Origin: an uncultured Candidatus Saccharibacteria bacterium
Lineage (GTDB): Bacteria; Patescibacteriota; Minisyncoccia; Phycocordibacterales; UBA5272
Assembly (NCBI GenBank): GCA_964517625.1
Contig: CAZFBW010000003.1
Coordinates: 46,107-110,106 of the forward strand
Length of the DNA stretch: 64,000 nt
Reading direction: 5' to 3'
In this document: positions 56,919 to 64,000 of the stretch, piece after piece
Position numbering within the stretch: position 1 is the stretch's first letter
Layout: each line of letters starts with the position of its first letter
Notes under the pieces: generated by a model
Database searches by the model: none
Told to the model about the DNA's origin: nothing
What the model saw: the letters and a program-made list of their open reading frames with translations, nothing else
Made by a program: the position numbers and the translations under genes

Positions 56919-58595
56919 ATGCTTCCCATCGGAAGTTTGACGCAACCCACAAGTGTTAGTTTTCAGTATCATGCATTTACTCAACTTGAGTATCGGGAAG
57001 ACCTTCCGATTATAATCCCTGTTTTCGAAGAGCAGGCGGATCTAATCGTCGACAAGCCGTTTCCTGAGGTGAAGGCACTTCGCGAGCACATGGACGCGCT
57101 CACGAATCGCAGGGATGACATCATGGTCGCCGTTTTTCCGGTGAAGCGTGGTGATGTTCTTGTGACGCTGTGCGTCGTCTATGTCGGCCAGAAATTTAAG
57201 TCGTCGAAGTCAAGCCGCCTCAAGTTCGGAAGTATTTCTTTTTACAGGACGCTCTCTGTCCGCATGACGGCAGCAATTGCACGATTGCGGGAAATGAAAT
57301 TCGTAGAAGCAACAATTATTCTTCCTGGACGTTTTTTTCCAGATCATTTGAAAAAAGACCCGAAACAAGAGCGTGAGGAAGAAATCTTTGTGCGTACCGT
57401 GGCAACCGCAGTTGTGGTCGCAAACGATACGTTCGATGCATATTTCGCTTCACCCGAACCGCGCATGAGTAACATCTACCTCACCCACTTTGGAGAGATG
57501 CAATCGCAAAAAACGGTTCCGCATTTCTTCAATCGCGCAATCGGTTCCGGTGTTCTCATGGGAGAATCTGTCGGCGAAGCAAGACGTCTCACACAGCTTC
57601 CACCGAACGACAAAACACCTCTTTCACTTGCGGAGCATTTCCTTGGTACGGAAATCAAGTTCAATACTCCCTCGACGAAAAAGGTGTGGAAAGGCATTCG
57701 TGGTCATCGGTTTGGTTCTCAGGTCAAAGCTTCGATCATTTACGGCACCAAAGCCCTCGAGGGTGCGGGGTTTCGAATGATTGCAGCGATTGGTCGTGGT
57801 AGCCAACATGAACCATGCTTTTTGAGCCTTCACTATCGTCCCAAGAACAAAAAAGAAAATACCAAGAAGCTTGCGCTTATTGGCAAGGGTGTGGTGTTCG
57901 ACACTGGTGGTACGAACTTGAAAGAGTCATCCACCTTGAAACGTATGCACTACGACATGGCAGGCGCTGCAACAGCGGTTGCTGTGCTCAGGTATGCCGT
58001 AGCCAAGCGTCTTCAAGTTGAAATTGTTGTACTCATTCCGCTTGTGGATAACGCTATCGGTTCCAAATCCATCAGGCCTGGAGAAATTCTCCGGGCATAC
58101 GGTGGACAAACGAACGAAATCACCGACACCGATTCTGAAGGTCGTGTGATCCTAGCAGATGCCATAAGTTTTTCTGAAAAGCACATGAAACCGGATTGTA
58201 CAATAACGATTGCGACGCTCACTGACATGGCTGAATTTGGCCCCGCGATCATCAAGGTTATTGGTACTGATGATGATCTCAAACGGAAAGCCGAACAGGC
58301 CATGCAACGGTCTCACGAAGTGATGTTCATGCTTCCGAAGCCGGAGGATTTGGGCGATGTTACATCGCAACACGTCGGTGATTTAAGTGACCTCAAGAAC
58401 GACATTGGCACTCACTATCACACGTCACCAGCCATGGCGATGTATGATTACTTTCCGTGGAGCAATAGTCGGTGGATGCACATCGATGTCGCGGCAGTGT
58501 TCGAAGACGATGCCGACGACTATGGCTCCGGCCCGGGTTTCGGTGTCCGTTTTCTTGCAGAAATGGTCAAACAGTTCGCTTATAAGCATTCTTAG
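56919..58595 (+). CDS. divergent M17 leucyl aminopeptidase family protein
   Basis: GKGVVFDTGG, MHYDMAGAA, TDSEGR.ILADA, ATLT, WMHIDVA. Confidence 0.85.
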   Translation: MLPIGSLTQPTSVSFQYHAFTQLEYREDLPIIIPVFEEQADLIVDKPFPEVKALREHMDALTNRRDDIMVAVFPVKRGDVLVTLCVVYVGQKFKSSKSSRLKFGSISFYRTLSVRMTAAIARLREMKFVEATIILPGRFFPDHLKKDPKQEREEEIFVRTVATAVVVANDTFDAYFASPEPRMSNIYLTHFGEMQSQKTVPHFFNRAIGSGVLMGESVGEARRLTQLPPNDKTPLSLAEHFLGTEIKFNTPSTKKVWKGIRGHRFGSQVKASIIYGTKALEGAGFRMIAAIGRGSQHEPCFLSLHYRPKNKKENTKKLALIGKGVVFDTGGTNLKESSTLKRMHYDMAGAATAVAVLRYAVAKRLQVEIVVLIPLVDNAIGSKSIRPGEILRAYGGQTNEITDTDSEGRVILADAISFSEKHMKPDCTITIATLTDMAEFGPAIIKVIGTDDDLKRKAEQAMQRSHEVMFMLPKPEDLGDVTSQHVGDLSDLKNDIGTHYHTSPAMAMYDYFPWSNSRWMHIDVAAVFEDDADDYGSGPGFGVRFLAEMVKQFAYKHS

Positions 58596-58733
58596 TATTT
58601 TTTTTGGATATTTTTTCCACAAAGCAGCGCCCCAAAGCGCTGCTTTTTCTTTATTTTGATGGAGAGTGTCATTGTGCTAGCATGTAGGGCAGTGTTTTAG
58701 TTCATTTTATTCACAACCAGAAAAGGATTCTAT

Positions 58734-59546
58734 ATGGCTACTAAGCCCTTAATAGATGTGCGTACTGAAGCAGAAACTCGAGCAAAATTTATTCTCGATG
58801 AAGGTATTGATCTTGTCCAGCGTCGTTTGTATGCTGGTGCAAAGTCAGCGGAACACAACCCTGACTTTGATGTTGGCTTCATGTTGGCCAGAGACATAGC
58901 GACAGGACTCCACACTCTTCAAACACAGTTCAGGCCCAACAAAGCTATGAACGAAGACGAGAATAAACCGATTGAGATTTTTCTCTCCACTTTTGGTGGC
59001 GACCTCTATAGCGCTTTCGGTATCTATGATTTGCTTCGTGTGTCACCAGTACCAATTCATGTGTATGTATTCGGTCAGTGCATGAGTGCTGGTACTGTCA
59101 TCATGCAAGGAGCGGAGAAACGTTTTGTTTCAAAATCTTCGCGTCTTATGATTCACTATGGCTCCACGACGGATGAAGGGACGTCTAACCCCGTTCGTGT
59201 GGATGAGGTTTGGAAGGAACACCGCGAGATCATGGACCAATTGGTTGAAATTTACATGACTCGTTGTAATAAAGAGTTTCTTGCGGAGAGACGAGCAAAG
59301 AAGGTTCTGGAAGAGTTTTCAAAAGGTTGGCCCATGAGCAACAGAAAGAAGAAACAATACATGCAAAATTACAATGTTGAAGCGTTAGCAGAAGAGGCGC
59401 TTCGCAAAGATATTCTTCCTATTGAATCATATTTTGTCGCTAAAAGATTCGTTGAACTCGGACTTGCTGACGAAATCGTTACAAAATCACCGCCGAAGAA
59501 AGATCCGTTTGCACCGATAGTTGCGGATGAGGGTTCTTCTGGTTGA
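58734..59546 (+). CDS. ClpP-like serine protease, divergent, with insertion
   Basis: IFLSTFGGD, GQCMSAGT (Ser), RLMIH (His), ELGLADEIV. Confidence 0.82.
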   Translation: MATKPLIDVRTEAETRAKFILDEGIDLVQRRLYAGAKSAEHNPDFDVGFMLARDIATGLHTLQTQFRPNKAMNEDENKPIEIFLSTFGGDLYSAFGIYDLLRVSPVPIHVYVFGQCMSAGTVIMQGAEKRFVSKSSRLMIHYGSTTDEGTSNPVRVDEVWKEHREIMDQLVEIYMTRCNKEFLAERRAKKVLEEFSKGWPMSNRKKKQYMQNYNVEALAEEALRKDILPIESYFVAKRFVELGLADEIVTKSPPKKDPFAPIVADEGSSG

Positions 59547-59585
59547 TGAATACTGTTAATACAATCAAACCCCGAGTGGAAACTC

Positions 59586-59662
59586 GGGGTTTTTTCTTTT
59601 ATATTTCGCCACAAAAAATCTTTTTTGTCACATTGTTTTTTACTCACCATACTTGGTAGACT
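59586..59662 (+). promoter_or_regulatory. duplicated upstream module, copy 1
   Basis: TATTTCGCCACA-N11-TTGTCA..TGTTTT-17-TAGACT. Confidence 0.65.
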
Positions 59663-59713
59663 GCTAGTCAGTGTTTACTTTTAGCCCTTTAATAAAATCA
59701 AGGAGTAGAAACC

Positions 59714-60301
59714 ATGGCTGGAACCGTCTATCTGTTCGGCCCGGTCACGGGTCTGACGTTCGAGAAAGCCGATGCTTGGCGAAAACGCGCTAAGAAAGTA
59801 CTGAAACCTTATGGTATCAAATGTATTGATCCGATGCGTAGCCTCAAGTTCCTCAAGAAAGATGGTCCTATTTCAGGGACGGGTCGTGAGTATAAAGACG
59901 AACTTGCAAAGCCCGCTGCGGTTGTTATGCAGAACCTTCGTGCTGTGGAAAAGTGCGACATCATGGTTGGTAACCTGCAAGGTGCTACCCGGGTTTCCAT
60001 TGGTTCAGTTGCTGAACTTTCATGGGCTTTCATTAAACAAAAAATGGTGATGGCGATGGTTGATGAGAAAGAAGGTAATCCTCACGATCACATGCATGTC
60101 AACCATATGATTCACGTCAAAGTGAATACGTTTGATGCTCTGATGAATGCAGTCATCAAAGAGCTTGGCGATCCACCCAAACATAGTGACAAGAAGAAGC
60201 TGAAGAGGGCCCTCAAGAAATCTGAAAAGAAAGTGAAGAGAGCTTTCAAGAAAGAACTCAAGAAGGCAATCAAGAAGCTCAACAAAAAGCACCGGAGATA
60301 A
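59714..60301 (+). CDS. nucleoside 2-deoxyribosyltransferase-like protein with Lys-rich C-tail
   Basis: VYLFGPVTG...WR...DPMR...CDIMV.NL....SIGSVAELSWA; ~40-aa KKLKRALKK-type tail. Confidence 0.8.
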   Translation: MAGTVYLFGPVTGLTFEKADAWRKRAKKVLKPYGIKCIDPMRSLKFLKKDGPISGTGREYKDELAKPAAVVMQNLRAVEKCDIMVGNLQGATRVSIGSVAELSWAFIKQKMVMAMVDEKEGNPHDHMHVNHMIHVKVNTFDALMNAVIKELGDPPKHSDKKKLKRALKKSEKKVKRAFKKELKKAIKKLNKKHRR

Positions 60302-60303
60302 CC

Positions 60304-60858
60304 ATGCCCTATCTCACAGGTTTTCGAAAAGATGAAATGCGAAAAGGGGATTATTCAAAAGTTGCGGGTGACTTGAACTATGCTTTAACAACAGTCATCA
60401 TTCAGTATCTCGTACGGAAGAAACTTCGGTACCAGACATTGAATGACATTGTTGCCGCACTTTTGTTGGCGACTGATGAGTTTCAAGAACGCGTGCGTCA
60501 ACCCCTTCAGTTTTTTCCCGGTATCGTCCAAGATGCAATATACACAGTACTTTTTGCTTTCATTGAAATATGGAAAAAGAAAGAGTTATTGTATCGAAGG
60601 TGGGAAGAACCCGAAACTCCGCACGAACTTCGTCACGTGTTCACGATGTTGATTTATCGATACTTGGCGGACAATGGTGTGTCTGATCAGACTGTTTGTG
60701 ATGTGCGAGGTGCGCTTGATCTCGCCAACAAAGAGTTCTGCAGACGCATCGTGTATCCGTACGAAGATCGTGCCATTATAAAAAATGGAGACGTCTATCC
60801 GGAATCGTTGTTGTCACAGGTTCGCCCCATCAGCGAATCAACGAGAGACTCACAATAG
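60304..60858 (+). CDS. internally duplicated helical protein (GxLNY / PYED..NGDV family, DUF6899-like)
   Basis: MPY..; GDLNY...Y..LND...L...EF..R; second repeat ending EFCRRIVYPYED..IKNGDVY. Confidence 0.7.
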   Translation: MPYLTGFRKDEMRKGDYSKVAGDLNYALTTVIIQYLVRKKLRYQTLNDIVAALLLATDEFQERVRQPLQFFPGIVQDAIYTVLFAFIEIWKKKELLYRRWEEPETPHELRHVFTMLIYRYLADNGVSDQTVCDVRGALDLANKEFCRRIVYPYEDRAIIKNGDVYPESLLSQVRPISESTRDSQ

Positions 60859-60893
60859 GCATCCTTGATACGATAGAAATAAGCCCCATTCCC

Positions 60894-60969
60894 GGGGCTT
60901 TTCTTTTTATTTCGCCACATAATTTTCATATTGTCATCACTGTTTTGTTTGTACATAACCTGATAGAAT
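60894..60969 (+). promoter_or_regulatory. duplicated upstream module, copy 2
   Basis: TATTTCGCCACA-N11-TTGTCA..TGTTTT-17-TAGAAT. Confidence 0.65.
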
Positions 60970-61034
60970 AATCACAGTTTGAATTAGTTCTTTGACACCA
61001 ATCCACCAATTACACAAAGGAAAGGATTCCCATC

Positions 61035-64000
61035 ATGAAAGAGAAAATTAAAAGCTCTCTTGAACGACGACGGTATGTTGCTAATCACATCAACGAAACA
61101 TCAAGCTCACTTGCCAAAAAACTTGGTATTAGTAAGCGTATGGTTGCTGTGTATAAAAAGGAAATTAGGGCTGGAATAACTGGACACAAGGATCGTACCA
61201 AAAAAGGTCTTGAGCGGAGATTTTTCATCCTGAAAAATCTTAACAAGACATCGCTTTGGCTTGCTGACAAACTCGGCATCAGCGTTCGCGCTGTCGATAT
61301 GATCAAAAAGGAAATTGAGGCAGGACGTGTTACGTTGGAGGACGCTAAACAACACGCCAGTGGCACTAATATCGTTACACCACTCTTCCCAGACTGGTTG
61401 ACGGAAATTGTGGAACGCAAGATGCGACTGAAACGTCCGCCGATGAGCCTCAGTGCTTTGCACAAACAGGTCGTCGCAGCGCTTCCGAAACATCTTAAAG
61501 AACATGCTCATGAAGTAACCAAGAAGAATATTCTCAATGAATTCGAGAATCTTTTCTGGAAAGGTCGTGATCCGATTGTTCGGGATGCGCTTCGTGCTGG
61601 CTTCACGCCGGAGAAATTGCACGAGATTCTGAGCAAACACTCAAATGATCGCGCGATTCCTCCAAAATGGGTCGTGAAGACGAAGTACGAGCACATGAAA
61701 GGGCTCTCACGGGCGCCGCGTGAAAAAGAAGTTGCCAGTTTGCGTGGCATTCTCCGTGTACCGCTTGGAGATGCACCTGCGCACTCACTTCTCTCGACTT
61801 CATTTAAGAAACCGTTCCACGCTTTGTCGGAGAGTACTAAAGATCAGTTTCGTATTGGTCTCATTTCGGCCCCGCAACTTGGTCTTCCGTATGATCCGGA
61901 CATCGAACTAAACCTGACTCGTTGTGGCTTCGCCGCAGCGCGGAAGGATAATTGCGATGCGCTTGTCATTTCCGGTGGGCTGTTCCGCATTACTTGGCAG
62001 AAGACATCCGGTCCTAACCGGTTGCTCAATGACCTCGCGATGGGAACCGAAATCGATATCGAAGAGATTGCTGTTTCGTATCGTGATCGTATGAACGAAA
62101 TTATTGAGTCGGGTTCATTTGAGCCTATCTACATCACCGCGAGAGAAGGATTCATCAATCGCTTGCGTGGCTGGTACAAGGTAACTCAGCGTCCCGATGG
62201 GACACCTGAGTTCAATAAACCTGTCTACGTGGTGCTTTCGCCGGCTGATCTTGGACTTGCTCGCCGTATGGCCTACTTTGAACTGCTCGCTTTGCAAAAC
62301 AAGGAGCTGGGAGAAGCTAGGGCAGCGCTGAGCTTGTATAGCAAAGTTCTTGCGAAAGCAAGTGAAGCTCTCATGAACATCAAACACGATGGCACCGAGG
62401 AAGAAATTAGCTTGGCAGAAAAAGCACACACTTCGGCTGAACAAGCCGCTGCGCGTGCAGCTGAGCAAGTGGCTCGTGTACAGATGACGCACCTCGATTC
62501 GAAGCAGAACATCAGGGTGTACAATCAAGCCCTTTCTTACTTGCTTCACGAGATCGATAAGAATATTCCGGGTTGGCAGGTGATCGACCAAAACTCGGCA
62601 TATGTTATTTTCGGTAAGAGCAAGCACGTTGTCAGGTTCGTTTCTGGTGGCGACACCAACAATCCGTATTACGACGAGCTCGGAAGTTACGGGCCGGCGC
62701 AACGGAGAGAAGAGTTGCCTGCACTTACGATTGTTTCTCATCCGCGCGCAATTTATCCGCGCAAGACCACGCGAGAGAATTATATCGATGGGTCTATGGA
62801 AGGAACAGCATCGTTTGCGGAAGCGCCGATGCTTGTCGATAAGGCTGCAATTCTTGAACGTACTGACGGCAACAAAGTTCCTCTCCCGGTCGTTAAGGCT
62901 GTAGGGGACGCAATGTTCAACGGGGGCATGACGATTATCAAGATTGATCCCGATTTTGGGGTTTCTCCTGATTTCATCAACTGTGAAGCAGTGCGTCGCA
63001 TTGCTTCTCCTGGTGGTCGTCCTGTGCTTCCGCCTGTGAAGCGTTTGTGGCTTATGATTGCAACCGATCTACACTTCGGGGGTTCGATGCGGGTTTTTAT
63101 CAATCGTCCCTCTGGATTGCAAATTGGTCTCACGGAAGCCGTTTTTGAACTCATGCAGAAGTGGGGACTTGATGCAAATGGAGTTGCGCCCGTCGCTGGA
63201 ATGTTTGTGTGTGATGACATCACGCACGGCAATCACTTCGGAACGCATGTGCGCCCGCATTATGGTGTGCGTCCGTATGCTCAAGTCGTAAAGGAGTTCG
63301 AGAACGATCTGAAGAATTTGCCGAAAGACGCTGAGGGTCGTGAGAAGAAGTTGAAAGAAATGGTTAAACATGGCGTCAATCAAATCAGGTACCGGCCTCC
63401 GGATTACCTGACTGGTCAGTTCCAGGAACTTTTTCACGGATTGATTCGACCGTTCTCAGATGTCTTCAAAGGCATTCTGCTTGCTGCGAAGCAGGCGGGT
63501 GTTGTCGTCAAAGGTGTCAGCGATTATGCCGGCACTGAAAGCGACACGCGTGATCTTGGAATCATTAGTTGGGGTTCTGGTAACCACGCTACGAAGACAA
63601 CTGATGGCATGCTTCACGAGGGCATCATCGTTGCGGAAACGCTTCGGATGCGCTTGTGGAGTGACCCAGACCTTGTAGGCCTTAATCTGGATCGTCTGAT
63701 CAGCTCTCCGTTGTATCAGGATACGGGTATTGCCTACGGTACGCTCAAAGTCGGCAACGGCTACGAGTGGGGCATTCACGTTTCCGGTACTCCGCCCAAG
63801 CGTGACAGTTGGAAAGATACTGTGCACGGCTGGGTACAAGTGAACCGTTCGCGTGGTAATCCGTCGAGCATCTTGAACGGAAAAGACGGGAAAGCGATTC
63901 TCCACATGACTGGTGACAAACACTTCTTCGCAGGAGCATTTGCGGGGAATGATGTCTATGTTATGGGGCCGTCATCGACGCATACGGACAGCTATGCAGA
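61035..64000 (+). CDS. >=988-aa protein: two HTH-like repeats, degenerate metallophosphoesterase, coiled coil, calcineurin-like metallophosphoesterase (runs off window end)
   Basis: hand translation from ATG 61035 has no stop up to 64000; LAKKLGISKRMV / LADKLGISVRAV; ATDLHFG (~63060), DDITHG (~63213), GSGNH (~63575), GDKH (~63912). Confidence 0.85.
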   Translation, partial: MKEKIKSSLERRRYVANHINETSSSLAKKLGISKRMVAVYKKEIRAGITGHKDRTKKGLERRFFILKNLNKTSLWLADKLGISVRAVDMIKKEIEAGRVTLEDAKQHASGTNIVTPLFPDWLTEIVERKMRLKRPPMSLSALHKQVVAALPKHLKEHAHEVTKKNILNEFENLFWKGRDPIVRDALRAGFTPEKLHEILSKHSNDRAIPPKWVVKTKYEHMKGLSRAPREKEVASLRGILRVPLGDAPAHSLLSTSFKKPFHALSESTKDQFRIGLISAPQLGLPYDPDIELNLTRCGFAAARKDNCDALVISGGLFRITWQKTSGPNRLLNDLAMGTEIDIEEIAVSYRDRMNEIIESGSFEPIYITAREGFINRLRGWYKVTQRPDGTPEFNKPVYVVLSPADLGLARRMAYFELLALQNKELGEARAALSLYSKVLAKASEALMNIKHDGTEEEISLAEKAHTSAEQAAARAAEQVARVQMTHLDSKQNIRVYNQALSYLLHEIDKNIPGWQVIDQNSAYVIFGKSKHVVRFVSGGDTNNPYYDELGSYGPAQRREELPALTIVSHPRAIYPRKTTRENYIDGSMEGTASFAEAPMLVDKAAILERTDGNKVPLPVVKAVGDAMFNGGMTIIKIDPDFGVSPDFINCEAVRRIASPGGRPVLPPVKRLWLMIATDLHFGGSMRVFINRPSGLQIGLTEAVFELMQKWGLDANGVAPVAGMFVCDDITHGNHFGTHVRPHYGVRPYAQVVKEFENDLKNLPKDAEGREKKLKEMVKHGVNQIRYRPPDYLTGQFQELFHGLIRPFSDVFKGILLAAKQAGVVVKGVSDYAGTESDTRDLGIISWGSGNHATKTTDGMLHEGIIVAETLRMRLWSDPDLVGLNLDRLISSPLYQDTGIAYGTLKVGNGYEWGIHVSGTPPKRDSWKDTVHGWVQVNRSRGNPSSILNGKDGKAILHMTGDKHFFAGAFAGNDVYVMGPSSTHTDSYA

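Noticed and set aside
61085-63939. Many listed short ORFs (e.g. 62115-62741, 62780-63232, 63456-63923)
   Set aside because: They are antisense or off-frame shadows of the long + strand ORF starting at 61035.
1-64000. Alternative genetic code (UGA read as Gly)
   Set aside because: Core genes are full length under the standard code, and TGA ends several ORFs just before terminators.

Overview
Chromosomal segment of a small-genome bacterium, most likely Patescibacteria/CPR (Parcubacteria-like). This is inferred from the gene set: two mreB, degenerate priA, short holB, DsbA and mostly SD-less core genes. The core backbone is ctpA-end, rplI, rpmA, UvrD/AddA-like helicase, tRNA-Asn, hpf, ppiA, fmt-def-priA, mreB, frr, rseP, proS, mreBC-mrdA, greA, lysS and mraZ-rsmH-ftsL-ftsI. 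It is interleaved with many self-contained accessory units (own promoter, strong SD, own terminator). Most notable: (1) a right-end locus with a divergent M17 aminopeptidase, a ClpP-like protease, a nucleoside deoxyribosyltransferase-like protein with a Lys-rich tail, a tandem 'GxLNY' protein, and a >=988-aa ORF absent from the ORF track (2xHTH + degenerate + near-intact metallophosphoesterase); two of its units share a duplicated upstream module; (2) three standalone promoter-structure-terminator sRNA candidates, one 6S-like and one displaying an anti-Shine-Dalgarno loop, in a genome whose core genes look leaderless while accessory genes carry strong SDs; (3) tRNA-Asn followed by inverted and direct copies of its own 3' end, plus a related mini-element elsewhere; (4) an SQR-TusE-DsrE sulfur operon and a GH130/PMM cluster. 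All calls come from reading motifs by eye; no searches or folding programs were run.
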